A stretch of DNA of 64,000 nucleotides from the NCBI GenBank assembly GCA_052279835.1, contig CP181291.1:3712001-3776000 (forward strand), written 5' to 3'. The translations under genes and the position numbers were made by a program. The number at the start of each line of letters is the position of its first letter. Position 1 is the stretch's first letter. The notes under the pieces are model-generated. The model ran no database searches. It was not told the DNA's origin and saw nothing but the letters and a program-made list of their open reading frames with translations. This document shows positions 21,290 through 31,744 of this stretch, one piece after another. The stretch comes from Microcoleus sp. GTDB taxonomy: Bacteria > Cyanobacteriota > Cyanobacteriia > Cyanobacteriales > Microcoleaceae.

Positions 21290-21928
21290 ATGACGGCATT
21301 AACAGAAATTCGCGAAGAAGTAGTTGAGGACAAAGTTGAGGACAAAGTACAGACTTATTACTCTCCTGAAGAGTATTTAAAGCTGGAAGAGGTGGCAGAA
21401 TTTAGAAGTGAATATCAGGATGGCAGGATAATCCCTATGACAGGCGGAACACCGAATCACAATCAAATAGCTGGCAATTTTTACGGCACACTAAATTTTG
21501 CTACGAAAGGACAACCGTACCGAGTATTTATCAACGATTTGCGTCTGTGGATACCTTCCAAGCGGGTTTATACTTATCCTGATGTAATGTTGGTAGCGGG
21601 GAAATTGGAGTTTGCTGAGGGTAGGAAAGATACGATTACTAATGCGGTGATGGTGGCTGAGGTTTTATCGCCATCCACGGCGGATTATGACAGGGGTGGC
21701 AAGTTTAAACTTTTTCGTTCTATTCCTAGTTTTCGGGAGTATGTTTTGATCGATCAATATGAGATGCACGTTGAACATTTTTGTAAGACGGATGATAATA
21801 AGTGGGTTTTGTCTGAGTATGATGGTGCTGATGCGGTATTGAGATTGAGTTGTGTGGAGTTTGAGATGCGGTTGGGTGATATTTACGATCGCGTGGATTT
21901 TGAATCTGAGTCTGAGTCTGAGGAATGA
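21290..21928 (+). CDS. Uma2 family (DUF820) endonuclease-like protein
   Basis: EYQDG..IPMTGG, YTYPDV, EVLSPST..YDRG.KF. Confidence 0.92.
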   Translation: MTALTEIREEVVEDKVEDKVQTYYSPEEYLKLEEVAEFRSEYQDGRIIPMTGGTPNHNQIAGNFYGTLNFATKGQPYRVFINDLRLWIPSKRVYTYPDVMLVAGKLEFAEGRKDTITNAVMVAEVLSPSTADYDRGGKFKLFRSIPSFREYVLIDQYEMHVEHFCKTDDNKWVLSEYDGADAVLRLSCVEFEMRLGDIYDRVDFESESESEE

Positions 21929-22071
21929 GGGTGAAATCACCAATTTCGGGACGATTGGAAATCGCGTCTTGTCAAACAAAGTCCGCCCAACGCGAGACTG
22001 GGAGAACAAGTAGAATCCCGGAAGGATTATGAAATCTGAAAATTCTGCCTGTAAAATTTGAGAAAAACCTA

Positions 22072-22644
22072 ATGATTGCCAGCCAAAATTATCCTGATGT
22101 TTCAGTTAAAGAATATTTAGAAGGTGAACTAATAAGTCCCATCAAACATGAATACAGAAACGGACAAATCTATGCAATGGCAGGGGCAAGTAATCCCCAT
22201 GTTTTGATTTGTCTAAATTTGGCAACTCTGCTGAGAAATCATCTGCGCGGAAGTGGTTGCCTGGTTTTTATGAGCGATACAAAAGTCAGATTTGAGACAA
22301 TTAATACTTTTTATTATCCCGATGTAGCTGTATCTTGCGATGAACGAGATACTACTTCTGTTGGCGATTTTATCTGCTATCCTTCGCTAATTGTGGAAGT
22401 TCTATCTCCAACAACTGAGGCGTTTGACAGAGGAGATAAATTTGCGGATTATCGATCGCTCTCAACTATACAAGAATATGTATTAATCGGTCAACAGCGG
22501 ATGAATGTAGATTGCTACCGTCGGGATGGGGAAGGGCGTTGGTTTTTTTCGTCCTACGGTGAGGGCGACTGTCTGGAGTTGGCTAGTATGAATTTTCAGT
22601 TTCCCATCTCTGCTTTGTATGAGGATGTTCCTGGGTTGAGTTAA
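22072..22644 (+). CDS. Uma2 family endonuclease-like protein
   Basis: KHEY.NGQIYAMAGAS, YYPDV, EVLSPTTEAFDRGDKF. Confidence 0.92.
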   Translation: MIASQNYPDVSVKEYLEGELISPIKHEYRNGQIYAMAGASNPHVLICLNLATLLRNHLRGSGCLVFMSDTKVRFETINTFYYPDVAVSCDERDTTSVGDFICYPSLIVEVLSPTTEAFDRGDKFADYRSLSTIQEYVLIGQQRMNVDCYRRDGEGRWFFSSYGEGDCLELASMNFQFPISALYEDVPGLS

Positions 22645-22757
22645 AATCTGGTTGGGTGAAATGTTCGATCGCCCTCTGTCAGAGAATGCTGAGGTGAAGG
22701 GAGGGGAAATAAGGGCGATCGTAATTATTAAGATGTTTCCTGAAAGGCCATCGCTTA

Positions 22758-23174
22758 CTAAAATCCAAATATTTTAGTAATCAATGGTAGTAGATTATTA
22801 CAGAATTCTAGGAATTTTGTGGCTTGTGGTACACTTTTCATAATTCGTCCGAGCATCCTATCTGCTGTTTTGGCTTTATTCTTCATTTCTGCATCATTAG
22901 GATTTTGAGCAGCTTCAGCTAATTCTTTTACTTGTTTTAAAGCATCCTCTTTGTCAACTTCACTTAAATTTGGATCGGCTTCAATTGCTGCTTGGAGTTG
23001 GGTAAGTAACTCTTTGATTCCGGGTTTATCTGCTTCAGACGATGAAGGTAACTCATTTATAGCGAATGAAACATTTCCTCCAACGTGACTTGATGAACTA
23101 CCTGCAACATCACCAGCAGTAACAGAACCTCCAACACTTCCTCCGACTTGAATTTTACCTTGTTGCTCTTCCAT
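22758..23174 (-). CDS. Hypothetical protein: N-terminal G/S/V-rich motif plus helical C-terminal domain
   Basis: 138-aa ORF with a GAGGAGG RBS upstream; amphipathic C-terminus LLPLITKIFGF. Confidence 0.7.
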   Translation of the reverse strand: MEEQQGKIQVGGSVGGSVTAGDVAGSSSSHVGGNVSFAINELPSSSEADKPGIKELLTQLQAAIEADPNLSEVDKEDALKQVKELAEAAQNPNDAEMKNKAKTADRMLGRIMKSVPQATKFLEFCNNLLPLITKIFGF

Positions 23175-23222
23175 TATTCCCTCCTCATGTAATTAATCTT
23201 TAGATAACCGTGTTATTTTGAG

Positions 23223-23771
23223 TTAGTCATTTCGCGAAACATTTCCTCCAACATTACTTGATGAACTCCCTCCTATATCACCTGCTGTGACGGAACCTCC
23301 AACACTTCCTGCTATTTGGATAGATCTATCTTCTGCATTGATTATATAAGTACCTTCTGCATTACTTTCCATAAATTGGTATAATTCTGAAACGACATTT
23401 CCTAAACCTTCCATATCGCTAGTAATAAATACTGGCGAAGGAGAACCTGAATTAAGGTACAATTTTAGACCATACTTTTTGGGTTGTGCAGTGTTTGCAT
23501 AAAATCCGCCTATTGCTGCTAAAACAAAGATTATTCCCCACAATCTCCACTCAGGAATATTTGCGCAAAAAAGTCCCACTACAAACAATCCTAAAATAAA
23601 TTGTATTGGAAATAGATTTTCGTTTTTAACAGGGGATAATCCAAAACCTGTGACGTTGCGAAACTGATAGACCTCTGAACCAAATCTAACTGTTTTTTTT
23701 GTGATTTTTATCTGGGTATTCCTGATCGCTCTATCATTATCATTTTTTGGCAATATGTTATTTGCAGCCAT
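23223..23771 (-). CDS. Two-TM membrane protein (DUF6232-like) with C-terminal G/S/V-rich motif
   Basis: ITKKTVRFG..VYQ..NVTG, two hydrophobic helices, YGLKL.LNSG. Confidence 0.65.
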   Translation of the reverse strand: MAANNILPKNDNDRAIRNTQIKITKKTVRFGSEVYQFRNVTGFGLSPVKNENLFPIQFILGLFVVGLFCANIPEWRLWGIIFVLAAIGGFYANTAQPKKYGLKLYLNSGSPSPVFITSDMEGLGNVVSELYQFMESNAEGTYIINAEDRSIQIAGSVGGSVTAGDIGGSSSSNVGGNVSRND

Positions 23772-24033
23772 AATTACTTTTTTCCAAAAAATAGCCAAGC
23801 TACCAATTAACAAGCATCTATCTTAGACCTTATTCAATCAGGTTTTCAAGACTGCTGGTGGGTATTATTGGCATTGAAATCGGTGTGTGTTTAGAGATAT
23901 AATAGCAACCTTATATAGGCTACAAAGTAATAAAAAGTAATCAAAAAGTAATCAAAAAGTAAGATTGGTTCCCTGTTGCGGTACAATCTATACTCAGCCT
24001 ACCTTAATGCTCCGCTAGTAAGGGACTTTACAC

Positions 24034-24814
24034 ATGACCGTTGACGAAGCCATCGCGATCGCAGAAACAGCCCTTAACTACGATCGCCTCAACAAAGTTC
24101 AAGAGCTAGTGTTTCGTCAATCCTGGGAAGGGCAGTCTTATATAGAAATTGCTAAAAGCGCAGGCTATGAATATGATTATATCAAAGATGCTGGTGCTAA
24201 ATTATGGAAACTACTTTCAAAAGCACTAGAAGAAAAAGTCAAAAAAGATAATCTCAAGTCAGTATTAAAACGATACTTAGGACGAGGTAAAGTGAATCTA
24301 CAGCGAAATCTGACGATCGAAGTTAACCTCAGCGGTGCAAATCTCAGTGGCGCAAACTTAAGTGGCGCTAGAGTAGTTGCTAACTTCATTGAAACAGATT
24401 TGTCTCAAGCTGATTTAGATAAAACTATAAATCCTGATAATAAAACTGAATTATCTGACTCCAAAAACGAAATTAAGTGGAACGGTTTTTGCTTTCACTG
24501 CGACGCACAAGTGAAAATTGCCGAAATGCTCGATCGCACTTCCACTCTCTTCATCCCCAACTCCCAACTCCGAATCACAACACCGGAAGGTAGACAGAAT
24601 CTAGAAGCTGACTTTCTGATATTCCACCAAAACAAGTTAGGGACTGCTAAAAATTGACAGCGAATCATGCCATCAAAACGCCACAGAAGATGAAATATGC
24701 GAACTTTCGAGAGATTCAGGCATCAGTCTTGTCAAACATTACGATGCTACCCGATGCAGCCAACAACCCGATTTAGTTGTGCAGGAATTTTTGGAAATAT
24801 TGAGTCAGGCGTAG
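24034..24814 (+). pseudogene. HTH (vMAP-type N-terminal) + pentapeptide repeat + degenerate nuclease-like domain, +1 frameshift at 24640-24642
   Basis: Removing one G from GGG gives ..EADFLIFHQNKLGLLKIDSE..HYDATRCSQQPDLVVQEFLEILSQA* ending at 24814. Confidence 0.65.
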
Positions 24815-24830
24815 GTATGAAAAGACGGGA

Positions 24831-25175
24831 TTATTCATCATCGTTGTCTGACTCTTGCATCATCTCTACTAACAGTCGCGTGGTTACTGTGTAAACATCT
24901 CGTCTATCCCCTTCTTTGCGCCGTCCTATTCCCACTACAACAACTAGCACTCGATCTTCTATAATTTGATAAATAATTCGGTAACGCTGACCTACAGCAC
25001 GGATGCTGCGATACCCAGTCAACTCTTCTGATAAAGCTTTCCCTTGCTTTTCTGGCTCCTGCTTAAGCTTCTCCAATCTTGCTAAGAGTAATTGTTGCTC
25101 CCGCCGATCTTTGATTTCAACAAATAGTTGCCGCGCTTGTACAGTCAAAATAACTTGATATTCTACAGGCTCCAT
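24831..25175 (-). CDS. Type II TA toxin, RelE/ParE family
   Basis: GKAL..ELTGYRSIR.VGQRYRIIY; downstream of an antitoxin. Confidence 0.88.
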   Translation of the reverse strand: MEPVEYQVILTVQARQLFVEIKDRREQQLLLARLEKLKQEPEKQGKALSEELTGYRSIRAVGQRYRIIYQIIEDRVLVVVVGIGRRKEGDRRDVYTVTTRLLVEMMQESDNDDE

Positions 25176-25187
25176 TTTTCACTGTTG

Positions 25188-25451
25188 TTAAAGTTTCAAA
25201 TCTGCTTTTAACTGTTGTAAGTCTATTGTTTCTCCCCTCTGGGCTTGTTGAATGCCCGATCGCAAATCTGCCATAAATTCGGAATCAGAGAGAATTTCGA
25301 TGGTTTCTAACAAAGATTCAAATTGTTTAAAACTGAGAGCAACGATCGCCGGTTTCCCATCCTTAGTGATGATAGCTGGCTCTGTTGCTAAGTCATCGGG
25401 CCACTTTGGCAGTTGTTGTTGCGCTTCTGTAATTGTCAGGTATTTTGGCAT
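25188..25451 (-). CDS. Type II TA antitoxin, Phd/YefM family
   Basis: LTITEAQ, IITKDGKP, ESLLETIEILSD. Confidence 0.88.
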   Translation of the reverse strand: MPKYLTITEAQQQLPKWPDDLATEPAIITKDGKPAIVALSFKQFESLLETIEILSDSEFMADLRSGIQQAQRGETIDLQQLKADLKL

Positions 25452-25489
25452 ATTTGCGGAGGTTAAGTTTTATGATTATTATAGCATGG

Positions 25490-26077
25490 TTAATTCAGCA
25501 CAATATCTTCGTTGGTAAAGATTACATCCTCATAGATAGCATCCATGCTAGTCCGAAAGTCCACACTAGCCAAGTGAATTTCGCTTCCTTGCGTGTAAGA
25601 ATGCAAAACCCACAACCCCTCAGCATTGCGGCGAAAACACTCCACCCGCTGCCGCTTTTGATTAATTAACACATACTCTTGAAGCGTTTCTAATTCTTGA
25701 TAGTCAGCAAACTTATCACCCCGATCGAATCCTTCTGTACCTTTTGACAAAACCTCGATAATTAAACAAGGATGTCTTTTAAAAGATTGAAAAGCTTTGT
25801 CCCGTTCATCGCACGTTACCATCACGTCGGGATAGTAGTAAATATCCCTAGACTCAATCCTAGCTTTCATGTCTGACATATAAACACGACAGCCACTACC
25901 CCGAACATGATTTCTCAAAAGTGCAAATAAGTTGCCGGCAACTGTCACATGAGCATCACTTGCACCGGCCATTGCGTAGGTTTCACCCTGAATATACTCA
26001 TGTTTAACCGGGCTGAGTTCTTCTAATTTCAGATACTCTTCCGGCGAGATGTAATTTTGGTTTTGATTTGCAATCAT
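25490..26077 (-). CDS. Uma2 family endonuclease-like protein
   Basis: KHEYIQG..YAMAGAS, YYPDVMV, EVLS..TEGFDRGDKF. Confidence 0.92.
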   Translation of the reverse strand: MIANQNQNYISPEEYLKLEELSPVKHEYIQGETYAMAGASDAHVTVAGNLFALLRNHVRGSGCRVYMSDMKARIESRDIYYYPDVMVTCDERDKAFQSFKRHPCLIIEVLSKGTEGFDRGDKFADYQELETLQEYVLINQKRQRVECFRRNAEGLWVLHSYTQGSEIHLASVDFRTSMDAIYEDVIFTNEDIVLN

Positions 26078-26145
26078 TGGCTTTCTATGGAGTTTTTGAT
26101 GATTGTGATTCTGAAAACAAGGTGGGCAAATGCCCACCCTTCAAA

Positions 26146-27528
26146 TTAAGCAGTTTCGTGCTGTTTGTGCCATGCGGGATGCCACAACAACTCAGCAGTC
26201 GATCGCTTCTCAACCATTTCCTTGGTAATCGTACAGTTAGCTACATCCTTGCGAGAAGGCAACTCATACATAACATCGAGCATTAATTCCTCTAAAATGC
26301 TGCGCAGAGCTCTGGCGCCAGTTTTGCGGCGACAAGCTTCCTGGGCGATCGCCCGCAGCGCCTCTGGTTCAAATTCCAACTGCACACTATCCATATTTAA
26401 CAACTTTTGATACTGCTTCACTAGGGCATTGCGAGGTTCAGTCAATATCTGCATCAAAGCTGCTTCATCCAGGGGTGAAATTACTGTCACCACAGGTATG
26501 CGCCCGACAAATTCAGGAATTAAACCAAACTTCACTAAATCATCAGCTTGTACCTGTTGTAAAATATCCGCAGCCCGCTTATCTTTTGGTAGCAAAGTCG
26601 AGTTGCTGTCACTTTCGACTGGCTGAATAAACCCTAAAGATTTTTTACCCAAACGCTGTTCAACTATTTTTTCCAAACCGACAAAAGCACCGCCACAAAT
26701 AAATAAAATTTTGCTCGTGTCAATTTGAATAAAATCTTGGTAAGGATGTTTGCGGCCGCCTTGGGGTGGCACGTTAACCACCGTTCCTTCCAACATTTTC
26801 AGTAGCGCTTGCTGCACCCCTTCTCCTGATACATCTCGCGTGATTGAAGTGTTTTCACTTTTGCGAGCAATCTTGTCAATTTCATCAATATAAATAATGC
26901 CGCGCTGGGCTGCTTCGACATCAAAATCTGCCATTTGCAACAGTCGCAACAATATATTTTCTACATCGTCACCAACATAGCCGGCTTCCGTCAGGGTTGT
27001 GGCATCGGCTACTGCAAAGGGCACTTCTAGCATTTGTGCCAAACTTTGGGCTAGGAGAGTTTTGCCACAACCTGTCGGCCCGACTAGCATGATGTTAGAC
27101 TTTTGTAGTTCTACATCGCTGTCTGGGGCAGGTTTGCTACTATCTTTGGCTTGGTCAACGCTTAAGCGTTTGTAGTGGTTATAAACTGCTACTGACAGAA
27201 CTTTTTTGGCTGAGTGTTGGCCGATGACGTGGCCGTCTAAATGTTGCTTAATGTCTGTTGGTTTGGGAATTTTAGCTAAAGTGATTTTGGATTTGTTCGA
27301 TCGACCCTGGCGTCGTGTTTTTTGTCCTTGAGGATCTTGAATTTCTGACTGGGGCGGTTGTTGAGCCACTAATTTGCCAGAGTCAAAGAATTCCTCTTCT
27401 AAAATTTCATTGCATAGCTCCACACATTCATCGCAAATGTAGACGCCGGGCCCAGCTATTAACTTGCGGACGTACTCCTGGGACTTGCCACAAAAGGAGC
27501 ATCTGAGATGGGAGTCATATTTTGACAT
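26146..27528 (-). CDS. clpX: ATP-dependent Clp protease ATP-binding subunit ClpX
   Basis: Zn finger [39 protein letters not shown]. Confidence 0.96.
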   Translation of the reverse strand: MSKYDSHLRCSFCGKSQEYVRKLIAGPGVYICDECVELCNEILEEEFFDSGKLVAQQPPQSEIQDPQGQKTRRQGRSNKSKITLAKIPKPTDIKQHLDGHVIGQHSAKKVLSVAVYNHYKRLSVDQAKDSSKPAPDSDVELQKSNIMLVGPTGCGKTLLAQSLAQMLEVPFAVADATTLTEAGYVGDDVENILLRLLQMADFDVEAAQRGIIYIDEIDKIARKSENTSITRDVSGEGVQQALLKMLEGTVVNVPPQGGRKHPYQDFIQIDTSKILFICGGAFVGLEKIVEQRLGKKSLGFIQPVESDSNSTLLPKDKRAADILQQVQADDLVKFGLIPEFVGRIPVVTVISPLDEAALMQILTEPRNALVKQYQKLLNMDSVQLEFEPEALRAIAQEACRRKTGARALRSILEELMLDVMYELPSRKDVANCTITKEMVEKRSTAELLWHPAWHKQHETA

Positions 27529-27794
27529 TATTTTCCTCTTAATTTACAGTTGCGTTTGGCTGTTGGGATTTAGGGAGTTTTTTCCCGATCGAACATTGTG
27601 CTGTTCTCAGCAAAGTTTGGCGATCGCATACCCAAGCCACTCCAGCTTCGCGCTCTCTGTCTCTAACTTAACACTTTTGAGGCCTCAGTCATTAGTCATT
27701 ATTCATTAGTTACAAATCAAAATACCAATTTCTGATACAGACATTCACCAAATTATATACTCAAAAAAAACTCTTTCTACCTTGAAAAGCTGAT

Positions 27795-28238
27795 TTACCA
27801 TTTTTTGTATTCCAGAAATTTTCCTGACATGATTATTTTGACCCGATCGCCTTTGGGGTCTGCTTCTTTCTCCACATCCAAAGTAAAGTCGATGGCGCTC
27901 ATAATTCCGTCCCCGAATTTTTCGTGAATCACTGCTTTAAGAGGCATTCCATAGACCTGCATAATTTCATAAAACCGATAAATCAGCGGGTCTACGGGAA
28001 CTGTGGCATCTAAGGAACCTTTGAGAGCGGGTGCTGATAGAACCTGAGCTATCTCGCTATCGAGTCCCAAAGCAGACACAATTTTTTCTGCTTCATCTGC
28101 TGATGCACTTGCTTGACCGTAAATCACGGCTGCAATCCAAACTTCATCGCGACCCAGCAATTTTTCCAAATCTGCAAAACTAATTCCCTGAGCTTTTTTG
28201 GCTGCCAAAAGTTTTTCGGTAATATTTGAAATTGGCAT
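27795..28238 (-). CDS. cynS: Cyanase
   Basis: [30 protein letters not shown]. Confidence 0.96.
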   Translation of the reverse strand: MPISNITEKLLAAKKAQGISFADLEKLLGRDEVWIAAVIYGQASASADEAEKIVSALGLDSEIAQVLSAPALKGSLDATVPVDPLIYRFYEIMQVYGMPLKAVIHEKFGDGIMSAIDFTLDVEKEADPKGDRVKIIMSGKFLEYKKW

Positions 28239-28437
28239 TAAATTTTCTCCTGTTCGCTGCGGTGGAAGATGTGAAATATATCTCATATTTTTCATCTCTT
28301 GTCAATGGCAAATCCCCGAAATATGATAAATTGATAACTCGTCGCGACAGCAATAGCCAATCTCGTCATCCTTGACAACTGGCGATTTAGAGATCCGCGA
28401 TCGCTTCTCTACAAAAATGGTACAGTTACCAGTACGT

Positions 28438-28451
28438 GTAATCAAAATTAC
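28438..28451. promoter_or_regulatory. Putative NtcA binding site
   Basis: TGTAATCAAAATTACA = GTA-N8-TAC with T/A flanks, between divergent cynS and STAS-like genes; no -10 box at the canonical 22-nt spacing. Confidence 0.55.
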
Positions 28452-28551
28452 ATACTCTCTGCTGTGCGATCGCCAGTACCCAGGGTGGGTCTCATACCCG
28501 ATCGCACCGGCAAAACCCCTTTACCGCTAACAAGTGACCACTGAAAAAAAT

Positions 28552-28896
28552 ATGGAGATTAACACCCAAGATTACAGCATCCTGTACGATAGCGCTACTG
28601 ATACAGTGACCTGCTGTGGCTCTTTCCGGCTCAGCCAAATGGAAGAATACGCCCCGATCGTACAGTTGCTCAATGATGTGGCTGACGGCGAGCAGAAGAC
28701 CATTACTCTAGATTTGCGAAAACTCGAATTTTTAAATAGTTCAGGGATTAATATTATATCAAAATTTGTGATCAAAGTCCGACAGCAAAAAAGTATTCAG
28801 ATCGCAGTTAAAGGCTCCAAGGAAATACCCTGGCAGGGAAAGTCCCTCAAGAACTTGCAGCGACTGATGCCTTCCTTGCGATTGGAATTGGAATAG
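28552..28896 (+). CDS. slr1659-like STAS-type regulator
   Basis: LDLRKLEFLNSSGIN, IPWQGKSLKNLQRL. Confidence 0.8.
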   Translation: MEINTQDYSILYDSATDTVTCCGSFRLSQMEEYAPIVQLLNDVADGEQKTITLDLRKLEFLNSSGINIISKFVIKVRQQKSIQIAVKGSKEIPWQGKSLKNLQRLMPSLRLELE

Positions 28897-29048
28897 TTAA
28901 TCCTTCAAGGTAAACTTGAGCTCAAAGCTAAGTCGGGGAAGCATAACTAGGGATTTGCAATACAGGAAAATAAGTCATAGTTAAGTTAGCAGCAAACGCT
29001 AAAAAACTGCGGAACTGACTACCTACAAGTTACCAATTTTCAATTGCT

Positions 29049-31170
29049 ATGCAGGAAGAACCATCGAAAGAACAGCTAGTTTTGGAAGTTCAGGCTCTGC
29101 GTGCAGAACTGGAAAACTTGAAACGCGAAAAAGCCGATCTAGAAATTTTGCTGGAGACGACCACGGAACACTCCGATACCATAGAAGCAGACTTGCTATC
29201 AAAAGCTGAGTTGGCCGTGCGCTCCAGCGAAGAGCAGTTTCGGGCGATCGCCTCAGCAACTCCCGTTCCTGTACTGGTTTCTCGCCTCTGTGACGGTTTA
29301 ATTCTGTATGCAAACGCTCAAATGGCTTCTCTCCTGGACACACCCTTAGCAGAATTGATCGGGCGTCATACCCCAGACTTTTACTTCAATCCCGCAGAAA
29401 CGCTCAAAGGTACTCGAAACCCTTGCCACAAACGGGCACATCAAAAATTACGAACTGCACTGCAAAAAGGCAGATGGTAGCAGTTTCTGGGCCATCATTT
29501 CCGTTCAGTCCCTGTTGTTCAATGGTCAGCCCACAGCGTTGTGTGCGTTGTACGACCTTACCCAGCGCAAGGAAGCAGAACAAGCACTCCAAGAGAGCGA
29601 ACAACGACTGCGCCGCCAAAGTCTGGCCCTGTTGCAGCTAGGTAGGCAGAGGACGATCAACAACGGGGCGCTGAATTTGGGAGTTCGAGAAATTACCGAG
29701 GCGGCAGCGCGCACTTTGGATGTGGAAAAAGTGAGCGTTTGGCTGTACAATCATGTCAGATTTGGAACTCGCTACGCCACAGATACTCAGGCAAATTTGG
29801 CTGCTAGAGCGATCGCCCAAAACCAAAGTTGGGTCATCAATCGAGAGGCGATCGATCTCCCAGCAGAGCATCAAGTCCATCATTCTAAGTTGACAACCCA
29901 AAACCTCAAATTAGTTTGTCTCGATTTGTACGATCGAACCAGTAAAAGCCATTTGAATCGTACAAAAAACCATATAAAAGTTTCAAATTTAGATGAGGAA
30001 GGCGATGCCGGCAGCGAAAACAGTCCCTCCTCCAATCCTTTAGACTCAGCATTGACAACTCAAAATCCTGTAACAACATTATCTTTAGAAACAGAACATA
30101 CCCCAATCCTCAGCAAGGAAAGCACTCCCAATTCATCCATCTTAAATGTAGCCATTAGGCTCGGTGGCCAGATCGTCGGCATCCTGTCTCTGGAACATAT
30201 CGGAGCACCCCGCCAATGGGCCTTGGAAGAACGAACCTTCGCCGATTCTTTGGCAAATTTAGTCGCACTGGCGATCGAAGGATTTGAACGCCAGCGAGCC
30301 CAAGAAGCCCTCTCCAAAGCCAAGTCGGAACTAGAAATCACTGTCGAGCAACGCACTGCTCAACTCACCGCCGCCAATAAACTCCTCCGCATCGAAATTG
30401 CCGAGCGCAAAAGAGCCGAAATAGCTTTACAAGAAGCATTGCACAAAGCCGAAGCAGCTTCCAGAGCTAAAAGCACTTTTTTAGCCAACATGAGCCACGA
30501 ACTGCGCACACCCCTCAACGCCATTATCGGTTACAGCGAAATCCTAGAAGAAGAAGCATTAGAAGCAGGGTTCGAGGGCTTAATTCCCGACACTCAAAAA
30601 ATTCAGACCGCAGGTAAACATTTACTCAATTTAATTAATGATATTCTCGACCTTTCTAAGATAGAAGCTGGGAGAATGGAGCTTTATTTAGAAGATTTTC
30701 ACCTAGGTAATTTAGTAGAAGAAGTAGTAGCAACTTTGTATCCTTTGGTTGAAAAGAATCGCAATCAATTACAAGTTTGTTCCTCTCCTGATTTGGGAGT
30801 AATGTATGCTGACTTGACTAAAGTGCGGCAAATTTTGTTTAATTTACTCTCCAATGCCCTCAAGTTTACGCAAGAGGGAACCGTAGTCATCAGCGCAACT
30901 CGCGAATTAACAGACGGCACTGAATGGATTTATTTGCGGGTAGCAGATACAGGAATTGGAATGTCTCCTCAACAACAAGAGGGTTTATTTGAACCTTTTA
31001 TTCAAGGAGACGCTTCTACCACTCGCAAGTATGGAGGAACTGGTTTAGGATTGGCAATTAGCCGTCTGTTTTGCCAGATGATGGGAGGTGATATCACCAT
31101 TGAGAGCGAGTTAGGTGTAGGCTCAACTTTTACTGTACAATTGAAAGCAAAGGTTGATGCTAGTTATTAG
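29049..31170 (+). CDS. PAS/GAF sensor histidine kinase, interrupted by a +1 frameshift at 29398-29400
   Basis: Removing one A joins the PAS halves (FNPAERSKVLE..KKADGSSFWAIISV); H-box FLANMSHELRTPLNA and N/G boxes intact. Confidence 0.85.
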
Positions 31171-31255
31171 TTATTAGTTATTTGTTATTGGTTATTGGTT
31201 ATTGGTTATTGGTTGTTGGTTATTGGTTATTGGTTATTGGTTGTTGGTTGTTGGC
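31163..31255 (+). repeat. STRR heptamer tract (TTATTGG/TTGTTGG)
   Basis: Visible tandem 7-mers. Confidence 0.9.
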
Positions 31256-31465
31256 GGTGCCCTGCCCTTCGACTCCGCTCAGGAACCGCGAAGTCGAAGG
31301 GTTGTTGGTTATTTGTGATTCAGGTCGCAATTAACCATGCCCTAGATCACAAAGTAGTGTGTTTCACCAGCCTACAATGCCTTTATTATCAGGCAATTAC
31401 GCTACGTTAATATCAATCCAGCCTCAAACTGCGTGAAAATCGTGATTATTTAGGAGTGCATCAAG

Positions 31466-31744
31466 ATGATTACACCTTCCAATCAACCGCTAAAAACTAA
31501 CCCTTTTAACACTTATCGCGATCCAGTTACAGGTAAGTGGACTGTGGTGCAAACTGTTCAAAATTCTAGCCAAACGGACTCAACTTATCAGCCAAAAGTG
31601 GCGGGTAAAAATGAAATCAAAGTAGAAAGGATTCCCAGTGCTTCCCCACCGGCATTGCTGAGCTCAAAAAACTTTTCTTTCCCCTTGTCTGTCGTCAAAC
31701 ACCAAGCCCAAAAATCTGCTCAACTTAAATCATTATCCCATTGA
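31466..31744 (+). CDS. Hypothetical protein
   Basis: AGGAG RBS upstream; NPFNTYRDPVTGKW motif seen in small cyanobacterial proteins. Confidence 0.55.
   Translation: MITPSNQPLKTNPFNTYRDPVTGKWTVVQTVQNSSQTDSTYQPKVAGKNEIKVERIPSASPPALLSSKNFSFPLSVVKHQAQKSAQLKSLSH

Noticed and set aside
31195..31410. ORFs with VIGYWLL or GIGNWEL/PIPNSQF repeats (also 7391-7573, 38556-39026)
   Set aside because: Translations of STRR heptamer tracts
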